60,434 nucleotides of DNA, filler included, from Sphacelaria rigidula (GCA_964200075.2; 6 parts of 6 records of this genome joined end to end with filler, not necessarily neighbours in it); one strand, 5' to 3'. Counted from the first letter of the whole stretch, positions 24,266 through 36,402 are shown. Program-made: numbers and translations. Notes: a model not told the origin generated them from the letters alone.

Positions 24266-25171
24266 GTGTTGAAGTCGAAGCTTTGCTTGAATTGGACTGG
24301 TCCTTGGAAGATTTTGGCAGTGTGGCCCTGTGATACCGCACCCGACGATAAACCAGTAGGTGAGAAGCTTTTGTATTTGGACTTTCCCGCGGATGAACCT
24401 GGCGTCAAACCCAAAAACCGGGTCTCGATGCTTCGGTGCAAGCCGTGTCTGCCCCCTCACGACATTAGTGATCTGCCTAAGCAATTGCCAATGGGGCTCA
24501 GTCAGTATGTGCTAACCAGGTATGCGGCGAAATCCCCACCGTACCACATGACGGTTGAAGACGCTGACGGCCCTCTTGAACGTGGAGTGGTAGATCGCAT
24601 CTCGGGCCATCAATTAGTTGGAGGTCGAGGCGGTAAAATTGCGGTTATGTATCAGACACACTGGAAAGGCCTCATGCGTTTTACGTGGGAACGGGAGGAG
24701 GATTTGCGTCATTTTCGAAGAGATATACTTTCATATTGGGTCGGAGATGTCGTCCAACACCGCCCGTTGAACAAACGATATAGGTCTATGCGAAAAGGCG
24801 CAGCAGCTCGTGAGCTGGCCCGACAACACTCGGCACGATTTGTCATTTCGGGCTTTAGTCTCATTTCTCGTTCGCAATACCTGCGCTCGTTTTCGAAGAA
24901 ACGTTTGCCGAAAGGTGCATATTTTTGGTACAGGGCTATGAATTCGCGGTGGTGGCTGGGGAAGATTCATTTGATAGATCCTGAGGCAGACGATTCCTCC
25001 TACATCCGCTTCCTCGATGATCCGGGTCCTCTCAAGATCCGTCTTCACGACGATTACTACATCGAGATGCCGACCGCTCGCCGAGGATCTTGGTGCCTAC
25101 AACGACACGACAAAGGGGACATCGACACGGCTGTCTTGCGCAACCCCGATACGGCGTGGGACACGGAATAA
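24266..25171 (+). pseudogene. Integrase C-terminal part: GPY/F-like module, chromodomain-like and PWWP/Tudor-like segment
   Basis: KLCLNWTGPWKI (GPY/F-like); VDRISGHQ...MYQTHWKGLMRFTWEREEDL (chromo-like); GAYFWYR...WWLGKI...YIRFLD. In frame with the integrase across one stop. Confidence 0.75.
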
Positions 25172-26872
25172 TCTTGATAGCGAATTGCGTTCCTTCCGAT
25201 TGTTTTGGCGTTCTTCAAACCCCCCTGTTCTTGTCTTGTCGTTGGTGTCGTTTTCTCAAGTACCGTTGTCAGTCGGTTGTCTGCGTTTTTCCCTACCGCC
25301 AATCGTCGTCCCCCTGGTCTCGTCGTGTTTTTTTTTCAGAATTCCCCCCCGCTTCCCCTTGTCCTCTCGTGGTCTCGTTTCCTTGAACCCCGTGTAGCCG
25401 GTTGCCCACGTTTCTCTCGGCAGTACCCCGTAGCCGCGTATGTCGGTGTTCTGTAGTGAACCGTTGCCGCGTATGCCTGTTACTGAATGAAGCTTTTGTG
25501 TTCTCTTTTTCTTGTTTTCTGTTAGCTCTTGTTTTTTTCTGTTTTTTTTTGTCCTCTGTTTTTTTTTTCTTCCCTGTTTCCCCTTCTTCCTTCCTTGCAT
25601 GGCCACCTGTTTTCCTCGTTTTTGTCTTTGGTTTTCTTTTTGTTTGTCCTCGGAGGCGGCCGACGCACACCGTTGTATTCTTCAGCACGTCCCGTACCAA
25701 CCCCTTTCCGGGGCACATACCCGGTGTGTGCAATCGCTTTCTTTGTTTCGTGCTTTTTTGTTTCGTTTTTGACAGCTTGATACCGTTGGACTCACCTTGG
25801 TTTTCGATGACCGGGATATGTGTTGAATGTCCAACAAGCCCTCTCCTTGAGTACCGTCGCAGATTCATGTGTAATTGCTCGCTGTATCAGGTGTCCCATG
25901 TTCGGGGATGTTTCTTTTCTCTTGGATTATGTTCAGTTCCATTGCTACAACAGTCCGCCAAAACAAAAAGCAAAAACAAAAATCGTTTTGTTTTTCGCAA
26001 GCTCGAGGTCGTACATCTGGTCCGCCGCTTCGGAAATCAGTACGGTGGTTCGTTTTTGTTGTAGGGTTATTGCTGGCAAATTATCGCGTTGATGTGCTCG
26101 GCGGGGGTTTATCCTTCCGTTTGTATGCACACCCTCTCGATTTTCTCGTCTGAACGGGCATATATCTAAGAGCGGACCGCATCGGCCCCTCTTTCTGTAT
26201 ACTTGCCGTTGTTCACCACGAACGCATCGGATTACCCGCCTTGGATTTATCTCCTACGGCTGTGTGTTATTCGTTGACGCTTTGTGGGACGATGCGGAAA
26301 CTTTTTCAATTCGATGGGCCGCCCTTCATCGTCACGTTGGTGCATCATGTTGCCTCACGGCTGCATGTTGATTTTGGTTTCCGGTGTCTTTCGCTCAGCG
26401 ATTTTCTTTTCCCGCTTGAGCATTCAACACCGTGGCGTTCTACTGATGAACAAACTGTACGATCGTTTGTGCTTCCCCGGCACTGTGAAACGCCTTGGTG
26501 GGCTGCTTAGCAACCTCTGACAGCGGAACTGGACGTCTATTGAGACATGAGTTCCCCTTCGCATGATAGCAGTCAAGCTTCATATCAAGTTTTGTAGCGG
26601 ATGGACTACCGGCTTGTTTTTTCGCTGCTTCAGTTTTTTTTTTTGGCGGATTTGTTCTGGATTCCCAAACATTTCGTAGCTTCTGGCGCTATTTTTCCAA
26701 GGGCTGTCGATTCTTGCGTTTTGCACACCCTTCGAATTTTTTGTTTCCTTCCATATATCGTGTCACCCTCTAAGTCCCTGTCACAATACTCCCCCCTTGA
26801 CGTGTCTCACATTTTTCGTTTTATTATGATCTCTTGTTTTGCTTTTTTTTTCTGTGGTGTGGGGGAATGAAA

Positions 26873-27549
26873 TGTGTGGGTAAAGCAATCTCGTTTCACT
26901 GCGTTTTCCTGCGATTGCTTTACCCATTGGAGGCTAGTGTGATATGATGTGACTGCAGGACGTAGCCATGATTTCGAGCAAAGGTGACATTGAATGATGG
27001 ACATTTTCATGTTCAATTAGCGGAGACTTCGCTGCCCTTGAGGTTGACGTTCTACGGAGAGCATGTATTTGAATTCGAAAAAAGGTGGTGACCCAACCAT
27101 GGCATGAATCGAGGAGCACGGCTTTTGGATTTTATGATATGACCTTAGCTTATGTTGATTCAGGGGGCGGCAAAACACGTTCGAAATAGCAGCCCCTACG
27201 ACCCCACTCTCTTTTCATTCCCGGTTTTGGCTGCGACCCAACAGTTCCTCATTGGAGTATCTACAAACCGCGAGAAAGTGAGTCCCAGAGATAAGAGCAG
27301 TAGTCGGACTGCTGTTTTGTCTGGTGTGTTTTCTTGGTTTCGGTTTTGGCTTATGTCGATTTGTGTTGTATCCCCCTGTTCTGTAAATGAATTTGGATAC
27401 AATCAATTGCGTGATAAAAGTTCTATTCTGGTCTGTATTATTTGCTTGTTGTCTCCTTGTGTGAAAGCAACACGAGAGCGACTGTGGTCAGCCTGCGCTA
27501 CTGAGCTGAGTAAACAAACAACGTACACAGAGGTCTGAACCTTGGAACA
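26873..27549 (+). repeat. Putative LTR
   Basis: Starts TGT after the purine-rich gtgggggaatgaaa; ends ACA and is followed within 4 nt by TGG (PBS-like). There is no second copy in the contig to confirm it. Confidence 0.35.
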
Positions 27550-28558
27550 ATCTTGGTGAACACCATTACACCCTTCTCAAGGCGCCGTCACCCTCTATCG
27601 CATCACAGTCGGAGCTCCCGCACTGCCTCTGCAATAATTTTGTTTTTGGGTTGGGTTGTGTTCGGACTGCCGAACTGCGTGTACACTACACTACTATTAT
27701 GTGCCTCGTATGCGCATCTAGTTTGTTTGTTCATCGCCTAGCCGTCTGTAGCTGTCGCTCTGTCATCTACCCCTGGCGATATGAGTTCAAGGGCCTCTGA
27801 TACAGTAGACGCTCGCACCCTGCGCCGACCCCGACGCGAACGTACGCGCGCAATAGCACTTGCCCCCCCACCATCCTCACCTGCTCGTCCCAGCTGCCTC
27901 TTTGTGGTAACTGCCCCAGTAATGATACCCATCTTCTCTGTAGCGGATGCGAGTCACCATGTAGAGCCCAATTTATACCGTGACTCTCCTGCCCCATTAC
28001 ATTTTTTCCCACATGAGCTGCCCGTACATTATCAGCTACCAACTCTTTTCTACCACCACCGACACTGTATCAGCGTGCATCCTTTCGCTACACCCACCCC
28101 GCCGCATGTACCGCCGGCCTTTTATTCATCAGTAGCTAATGTTGACCATTTCTTGCTGTCTCATAATATGGTCACCGTGCAGCACAGTTGTTTTGTGCCC
28201 AGCCTGGGTGTTGACTGTACATCATCCGACCCCACCCTATACTATGTATGTGAACCAAACATCCGTGATAACACTCCAGTACCACCCTCTTCCCAAGGTC
28301 CTGTGTCCATCCAGTACATTTCGTGGACCCCGGTATGGACAACTCGTCCACACACTCTCTCTCGTACCTTCTTAGATCGCCCCTCCCTGTCTTTCGCGGG
28401 GGCCTGGCCAACCCCCACCACGCCCACAGCCTCCTACAATAGATTATTTTCCTCTTCCATTTCCAATGCAACACCCCGGTCACTCATTACCACCCCGGTC
28501 ACTCATTACTCTCCTTTCTACACTGACTATGACGCGCACCCGCGCAGGTACACAAGCG

Positions 28559-30168
28559 ATGTCTAATTCCCCGGCTTCGCTAGAGCTACGTGCCGATGAA
28601 GAAGGCACATCCTCTGCCGAATCCGGTGAACCACTGCTTGCGTCGGACACAGTCTTGCATGATCCAGTCATTGAAAGTGTAGAGGATGATGATGATGCCC
28701 AATCTCAGTCGGGAGGAAGTCCCCTCTCTATAGTGCCCGACGTACAGCCGGGACTTGATTTCCCACTGTATGCCGCCACCGCTCAAACTCTTACCAGTGA
28801 CACTAAACAGGTCGACTCTACTGCTAGTGGTGACCATTCGGTTCGTGATCATTCCCCTGCTGAGCCCTACGTTTCTAACGTCGTAGCCTCGACGAGTGGT
28901 CGTGAGTCGGGAAAAAAACCCGTCTACGCGCCTACCCAAGAAAGCACGCGACAAAGCTAAGACCCAGTTCAAACATAGCCGTCCCGCTGCTATTCCAGCC
29001 CACGCGTGGGATAAATTTTCCCGCGAGGAACAAGCCGCGTACTGGGATGACTTGTTGGCCCAGACCGTACAAGCGCAAGTAGAACGTAAGAACCGTGAAG
29101 CTTTCGAGCACGCTCAAGAAATCCAACGCGTCCGTCGTGAGGTCGAAGCCAAACGCAAAGCCTAGGCGGAGGGGTAGAACAAGGAAGGCCGCCTCCTCCG
29201 GCAAACCGCCAAGACTTTGCAGGCGGCTAAAGCCCAATATGAACAAGCCTTACAACAACACAACACGACGGCGGAACACAATCCACCTCTCGCATACCCG
29301 TCACTCAATCTTCACTGGACGAACAGATGAAACAATTACGTCTGCTCACCCGCGATCCCATCGACGTTGAATCCGATTCTGATTACTCATCCACTGGTTC
29401 ACCTGCACTTCCCAACGCCACTCCGAATGTCGCCCCTCTAGCCACGGGACTACCTCCCATGCCACCTGAGACGATCGCATCCGGCGTTTCAACCACGTTT
29501 GGTGTGCCCCCCCCAAGTTCACCGCGGCAAAACGCCCCCTACATTTGCCTCCACAGCGAACAAATCACTCTCCACTAAACCCACTCACCCAACCCTGGTT
29601 CCTAAGGCTACTCGTTCCGACGGTCTTGATTTTTCTGGTGTAGAAACTTAGGCAGCTGTTCCCCTCTACGATTTTGTCCACGACCCTGACACCCTCCTTA
29701 CCTACGCGTGTCAGGCACAGCGCCTTCCTGTTCCCGTCACTGACAATTCGATCAAGATCCTCAATTGGTTTCCGAAACACACCGAGACCGGAACGTTAGC
29801 AGGCGTCGTTCAATGCATACCTTCCAACCCACGTTCCGAAATTAGTCTCGCGCTACGGCATGAGTACGTCGGACCCCTCATCGGGCTATTCAAGGAAATT
29901 GAGCAGGTACGCATGACAGTACACGGCCCTGCTGATGGTACGGATCGTTCATACCCTACTACCACTAGTTCCCTTCAGACAGGTCACGTAGGGCACAATC
30001 CAATGGACAGTGACGGCAGTTGGACTGTTCAAGGGAAAGGGAAAAACCGTCTCAAGGATAGTGGTAAATCTCACATTTCGCAGCAGTCACGATCTCGCCG
30101 TCATCGTCGCCCTTCATTCGACAGTGAGTCGGACAGCACTGACGGGTCTCATAATGACACGAGTGCGG
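28559..30168 (+). pseudogene. Decayed ORF1/gag-like reading frame, probably the N-terminus of a second LTR element
   Basis: Broken + frames: MSNSPASLELRADEE..., coiled coil WDKFSREEQAAYWDDLLAQ...RREVEAKRK, then ...LRHEYVGPLIGLFKEIEQV. Lies downstream of the LTR/PBS-like site. No diagnostic gag motif before the contig end. Confidence 0.4.
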
Positions 30169-30268
30169 NNNNNNNNNNNNNNNNNNNNNNNNNNNNNNNN
30201 NNNNNNNNNNNNTTAATTAATTAANNNNNNNNNNNNNNNNNNNNNNNNNNNNNNNNNNNNNNNNNNNN
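30169..30268. other. Artificial contig spacer
   Basis: Same 100-nt linker. Confidence 0.97.
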
Positions 30269-30366
30269 GGTCGGGCGAAAATCCGGCGTGCTCCGTCCCG
30301 GCTTTAAACGGATGCGAGGTCAATGGTCTCATGACTATGACATGCATGATCATGAGTACACCCCCC
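30269..30366 (-). repeat. Family R1 copy at contig start
   Basis: Reverse complement of gggggtgtactcatgatcatgcatgtcatagtcatgagaccattgacctcgcatcc...agccgggacggagcacgccgg. Confidence 0.7.
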
Positions 30367-32005
30367 TCTCCTTTCGCTGCATTGTAGCCCCCCACAGGCG
30401 TTGGTTCGGGGTTTCTTTGAGCTGAGCTCACCTTCTTCGTGACTCCGTTTCCAGTAACCGTAGTCACATTTCTTGCCGCTGTCGCGTCTCTGTCCGTGTC
30501 CCCTGCTCATCTAGTGTTTCTTTCTCTTCTTGTCTTCGAGGTTTCTTCACGCGACGCGAGGACGGTAAATTTAGTCCAGCCTCCCATATGTTTGGAATTT
30601 TGATGACTCGTTCTCTGGATGTGTTTGTTGTTGTTACTGCTCAACCCCCTGGCGGCAGCTAAGAGAGCTCGCAGCATGGGAGTTCTCCCTCACATCGTCT
30701 TGTTGCACGGGTCCTTGGTCACACCGTGTACTGCTGTGTATACCGCCCTTGTTGTAGGCCGTATTCATGCCCGACGATTGTTTCAGGTCGAGGTGAATTA
30801 CTGCATTTCGACAAATCATCTGGATGTATTCGTTGATTCTTCTACCCCTCTACCGTAGCGCAGCCTGGTCAGCTAACGACACGGATGTGTTCGCTCGTGC
30901 TGAACGACAAGTTCTCTCCAACGACTTTCGGCTCCTTACCCTGAGTGTCGTCTTGGATGGGCTAGTGCACACCCCCGAAGAGGTTTTGAATTCGCACTTC
31001 GGGCACACCTAACCTGAATATCGGCTGCATCCCGGCTTTTATCTCCCTGTTGCTGCGTGCCCCCCCTCCCGCCCATCGCATTGTACTTCACGCTGCACGC
31101 CTTTTTCAAAGCAGGTTCGCTACCTCAAACGCCCCGCCAAGGAAACGGGCGGGGTGCCACTCTCGCTATACGCGACGGATGTGTCGGGACGGAGTCGAAC
31201 AAAGACGTGGAGCTCACTTGGATCTACGTCTAACCAGAGCAGTCGCCGCGATGCTATGCCGCAACTGCGTTTTCCCTCCCCTTTTCCCGGCTTGTCTGGC
31301 ATTCCGTCCTTGTTCCGTTGGTAGACGAAGTCCACACGTGCGTACCATTTAGTGCTTTACTTTGTAGATGGACTTGCGTGCGGACTTGCGTGTGTATTGT
31401 CTTGTTCAACATAGGTGCATGAGTGTCACGTAGATACAACGTTTTCCTTTTCGTGGATTGAACGTTTGATGCTGTGTCGGTTCGCAGCGATGCTCGCCTC
31501 TTAGAGGCGTGGGAGAGTGATTATTTTTCCTTCGCTTCATGCTTTTGTACGAGTGTAGTGTAGAAGAGCCCTTCCTCGTTGAATTATGAAATTCCTCGGC
31601 GCAATTACATTGTGCCGAAGTGATGTAATTCAACTGCATAAGGACTCGTCTAGGATGGGCTAGTGTGATGAAGCTCAGAGGCGTTGCAAGAAATACGCTG
31701 TGCGGGTCTGCTCGTAGACCCTGGATTCCGTGACGCGTTGTTATCGCGTCTGCTACTGTCATTAGTTAGGGTTGTTCAGCCGCGGCGGCAGGCCGCGTCG
31801 CCCTATCTCATCAGTTACCGGTTTGCCGTGGTCTCTACTCTGGGACAACACTACGCTCTGCTCCTATGGCTGCGCCCCGGCTATGCTGAGTAAGAGAGGC
31901 TTGTAGATAAAACATGATGCGAAGCAAACACGTGCGCTCCTTGTCAAGAGTCTGAACATGGATGAACGTACTCTGTGGTAGTCAAGGATCGACAGCTATC
32001 CACTC

Positions 32006-32204
32006 TGTAATGCGTGAGAGGACCGCGTGCTTAGAGGACCGCGCCGTTGTTCAAAATACGTCAGGATCAACGTTTTTTGAAACCAATCGGGCCAGTCCCT
32101 GCAGGTACCATGCCCTTGACCCTAACCCTAACCCTAACTCTAACCATAGGGATGCTCAAATTCTGATGCGGTCCTCTAAGCACGCGGTCCTCTCACGCAT
32201 TACA
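32006..32204. mobile_element. 199-bp MITE with perfect 37-bp TIRs and internal (CCCTAA)n repeats
   Basis: tgtaatgcgtgagaggaccgcgtgcttagaggaccgc (32006-32042) is the exact reverse complement of 32168-32204. ccctaaccctaaccctaactctaacc lies at about 32120-32145. Confidence 0.85.
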
Positions 32205-32561
32205 CATTCCATAGAACAACATGTAAGGTACTACGTCACATGAACATGTCTCATCCGGGATGGTGCGGACATATCATCTTTCAAATAATCGAACACGCAG
32301 GGGAACAATTCACGGGGGAACTACAGTAATAACATGCATAATAGTATGATCGTATGTATCATCGCCCCCCCGGACCCAAGTAGGGGTGATCAATCAAACA
32401 CTCCAACTCCTACTGCATGCCACTGTCCAACCCTACATGACAAGACGTTTGGAAAAACTTTCACGTAAGGTTTAGGGATGTCTACAGTAAACCCCGACGG
32501 AAAAAAATGATCATGTCGACAAAATGGGACGAAACCAGTACAGCACACCATCCCTGCTCAG

Positions 32562-32990
32562 TGTTCCGGGCGATTAACATGCAGTGTTGATAGCACCGTA
32601 GTTACAGAGCATTACAGTGTCGAATACACCGTATTATCACTGTATCACTTCATTCGCACACAGTCAGTGATCGACAACCTTAGTACATTGCTGTCAGGCA
32701 CATCATGTTCAGCATCAAAATTCAATCGGACACCATGAAGCTTAACTCCCACTATCACATGCTACAACCTGCATAGCACATCAGCGTTACCCAATGTGCC
32801 GGGCAATCAACCTGCAGTATTGGTAGCACTGTCGTCACGAAGTACTGTAGTGCCGAGTGCACCGCATTTTGCCGGCATTAATTGTTCTGTCATTGCATCG
32901 CTTCGTTCACATACAGTCAATCATGAATCAATTCAGTACATTGCTGAGACGCACGTGATGTTCGAAATCCAAATCCGAACGCACATCACG
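32562..32990. repeat. Diverged tandem duplication (~235-bp period)
   Basis: ccgggc.at.aac.tgcagt.ttg.tagcac ... agtacattgctg ... atgttc occurs twice (about 32565 and 32799). Confidence 0.6.
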
Positions 32991-33406
32991 GAGTATAACA
33001 CCCCCTTCTACATGCAACACTCTGGCAAACAAACCCGAAAGTACTTGTACAAGGCAGGCACATTTTTCATTGCACGTCCAGGCATATAGTATAGTGCTGT
33101 AATGATTCAGCAACATTCGAAAAGGAATGCAGGGCAGTTGTACCACACCAACACTCAGAGAGAAAACACGAGTGAACTCTTACGCGTGATACATGTTGAA
33201 ACCCGACACTCGAACCAAGCAAATTAGGCTGCAAGTAAAATCACTGAAATACTGCACTGTAAAAACAAAATACGTGCCTTGTCCGGCACAAAACTGCCGT
33301 GATGCACCCCGCTGCTGATGTTGCTCCGAACAAGAACGTCTCCATCCATCCCCAGTAAAAGCCTCCGTCAGCCTCCCCTGATCAAAAGGGCAGTCCTTCC
33401 CGATTG

Positions 33407-33566
33407 TCAGAAGGATTCGTGGTCGGGCCATTTTCCTCGATCGAAAGGAAATGAGGTTATTCCGTGTGACACAGCCGGGTCATTGGTGTGGGAGTCCTTA
33501 TCGCTTGTACTCCTCGTGCTGTCAGTGGTACCCCTCGTGCAGTTAATGCTGCTGCTGCTGCTGTTG

Positions 33567-33598
<32 letters not shown>

Positions 33599-34117
33599 GT
33601 TGCTGTTGTTGATGCTGCTGTCGTTGCTGCTGCCGTTGCTGTTGTTGATGCTGCTGTCGTTGCTGCTGTCGCTGCTGTCGCTGTTGCTGTTGATGTTGTC
33701 GCTGACGTTCGCGAGGGGCTCCCCGCTTGTCTCGAAATCAAAAACGTTTTGTTCCGGTCCGCTTTTCAAGGTATTTTCTTCCTTCTTCACTTTCATTTTC
33801 TCCAGTGCCGTCTTGAGTTCCTCCAGCTGTTTTGCAAGTTTCGCGATCACCCTCCGTTTTGCCTCTCTTTCCTTGATCTCCAACCATGCTCTGTTCTGTT
33901 TTACCGTCCATTGTCTTTTTCTCTCGCTCTCTCCGAACCACATCTCGTACTTTCTAAGTTCGTGTGCCATCACCTCTTCTCGCCCCGAAGAATCCGGCGT
34001 TACTCTCTCAACCCATTCTTGTATTCTCAATTGCTCATACCCCGGACGATAACAGCCTTCGGCCGCCCATGTCGCCCACTCACATCTTGAGTAGCAGAAC
34101 CTTCTGCACCAACACAT
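33407..34117 (-). CDS. Unknown coiled-coil plus Ser/Asn-rich ORF (236 aa), antisense to and upstream of the gypsy gag
   Basis: Uninterrupted ORF with protein-like helical segment WLEIKEREAKRRVIAKLAKQLEELKTALEKMKVKKEE. The C-terminal part is an (AGC/AAC)n microsatellite. Confidence 0.4.
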
Positions 34118-34479
34118 GGCTCACCTCATGCACGAGACTCACACCAATCGACGAACGCTAGCGTAATAAGCGTGAGAAGAAGCTCGGTGCATCGGTGGCG
34201 ATTATACACCTTTTCTCATTATCTCTCCAATACCATTCACCTCATAACCTCATACCGTAACCCTTGTAGCCTCACATAAAACCAATACAAAACATGAAGA
34301 ACGACCACAAGAGCAACAACAACAACTAAGTTCGGGACGGTGGCGAGTGTTGTGTCACAATACGGAAAAACACCAGGAATGCGTCATCATCACACAATCC
34401 GATGAAACGCCTCCTGTACGGAATACTTCAACATCCCCACATTCCAGTTATTCCGTCCACATAATCCTCGTGTCATAAT

Positions 34480-36048
34480 CATGAAATCCAACACGCACGC
34501 AGTATCCTACATGTAATCCTCATCTTCACGACTGAGCGTAAGCATATTCGATTACGCGGTACAGCCCTCGACGCGTACTCAGACCTAGCAACTGGCACAC
34601 TAGAACGGCGCACTGAAGCGCAACTCGAGCAGCTTCGAATGCAAGGCAAGGATGTACAGACTCGACCCCCAAGATCTTGGAACGAGTGGGTGGACGCAGA
34701 CACCAATTCGTACTCACCCCCAAACCGCATTGGCATTCTAACAAGAGCCATAGCGGAACTGAAGAACAAAGGAGGTCAGACCATAGATGCATACTTCCTC
34801 TGTCACATAAGTTAGGACCATATTTCGGCGCAGATCGTATCTTTTCAACGGAGGCGCCTACGATGCTATAATTAGTTTCATGGGAAAGATATTTTTTACG
34901 GCTAACTGATGCAAAAAAAATGATTTTCGATTTCATTGCATCTCGAAGTATGGGCCAAAAAGTCCCCGAAATTCGCCAATTTCGGCTACATTTCGATAAT
35001 GTTTTTGAGAACGTTTTTGAGAAATTAGTGTAGAGCACACCGGGGTATCCGCACGGCAAAGGGCGGGAACGTTGGAAAGGACAGTCAAGTACGACAAGGA
35101 GGCCTTCACAAAGACTTGGGACTATCTGGCATCAAGCACGAGTGATGGAGAGGATGATTAATGATTCATTTTTTTCCCATGTTTCTTTCCTTTTTCGGCA
35201 CTTTTTTGTTCGTGGAAAAGGGGTAAAAAACGGCCTCTTTTGGGCCGACTTCTTTTTTTCTGCCGCTACTCCACCTGGAGTGATGCGAAATGAAAAAAAC
35301 AAACAGTGTCTTCAAGTAAAAAAACGCCAAGAAATTCAAGAAAATAAACGAAAACAGCATCGGAGACCGTTAAGGACGTCTGTGAAAAATTCCGTCCTAA
35401 CCTATGTGACAGAGGAATTTTACACTTGTAGTAACCGAAGCCTACTCTCGTTTTTATGCTGAAGCTGCCCAAGTGACACCGAAAGGCAGTGGCCCGGTAA
35501 ACTTTGTACGAGAGGTTAGTCAGACTGCAGCTTTAGAAGCAGGTCTACCACCCCACATCAGGGTGGGAGCAATCAGAGAGGACCCAACCCACAGTTTTCA
35601 GATAGCGCGAGCAAGAGTAAACGAACACGAAACGAACAACTTGCGCGGTTCGACACCTGAAAACGAGGTCCCCGCTTCGCACGTCTCATCTGTCGCAGAA
35701 AATCCAACTGCACAGCTCGCGGAAACCGTTGCTGATTTGGACAAAAAAATTGAACGAACTCCTCAAGGAGAGACACCGCAGTTCAGAACGAGGTAGATCG
35801 CACAAACGCACATCGGCCACAACAAAAGAGCAAGGACAAGTAGCTAGAACCAAAGACGGCGGGAAACGTGTGCGTTTCAAGCCCAGAAGCAGACCTAGTA
35901 GCGAAAATCACAGTACCATGAGATCCGCCACGGGTGAAGAAGTGCAGGAAACATGCTCGTATAAATTTTGCAAGCACAGAAAAAACCACACGACAGCAGA
36001 CTGGCAACAGGCCAAGAAGCACAGAGAGAAGTTGTCCGCCCTTGGCTT
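34480..36048 (+). pseudogene. Ty3/gypsy gag, decayed and interrupted by a MITE
   Basis: LRGTALDAYSDL...SWNEWVDA...YSPPNRIGILTRAIAELKNKGGQTIDAY (retrotransposon gag pattern), LEAGLPPHIR, and zinc-knuckle-like CSYKFCKHRKNHTTADW with the last Cys replaced by Trp. Confidence 0.7.
34794..35420. mobile_element. Tc1/mariner-type (Stowaway-like) MITE inserted in gag
   Basis: Left TA|CTTCCTCTGTCACATAAGTTAGGAC; right GTCCTAACCTATGTGACAGAGGAAttt|TA (23/24 complementary). AT-rich interior; gag homology resumes on both sides. Confidence 0.75.
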
Positions 36049-36380
36049 TGTTGGTAAACTCGTGACTTCTGGAGAAAAATATGTATTGCTGTATTATTGA
36101 GACCTTGGTCCGCAGAGACGGGCCGGGAAAGTAGAGTGAGCAAGGTACGCGAGCTCGCGTCATCTACATCCCAGAGACTCTAGAAACCACATGGTTCCAG
36201 CAACATAACTCGGACCAACGCACTTCCTTATGTACCACAAAAAACTCGGGTTGCACCGCAAATACCATGCTCGGGCTAATGCAGTATCCATATAGAGTAT
36301 TCCTACAAAACCAACAGAAAGGACCGCGAACGTTCTTCGCAATTCTCAAATATACGATACTACGGCAGCTATCACGAACA
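36049..36380 (-). repeat. Probable 3' LTR of a Ty1/copia element
   Basis: On the minus strand the purine tract GTGGAGGG just downstream of the RNase H is followed by TGTTCGTG.... Termini are TGTT...AACA. The left boundary is less certain. Confidence 0.55.
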
Positions 36381-36402
36381 CCCTCCACTGGGGCTGTTGT
36401 AT

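Larger units (their letters stand above)
20180..27549 (+). mobile_element. Ty3/gypsy (chromovirus-like) LTR retrotransposon, decayed, 5'-truncated by the contig end
   Basis: Domain order RT-RNaseH-integrase-chromodomain, with frameshifts and in-frame stops. Long 3' non-coding region, purine tract at about 26854-26872, and probable LTR at 26873-27549. Confidence 0.85.

Noticed and set aside
25256-26064. Lys-rich (-) and Phe-rich (+) ORFs after pol
   Set aside because: By-products of a T-rich low-complexity tract; no domain signal.
26443-26480. CTGATGA followed by a small stem (hammerhead-like)
   Set aside because: The stem is followed by GCTT rather than GAAA.
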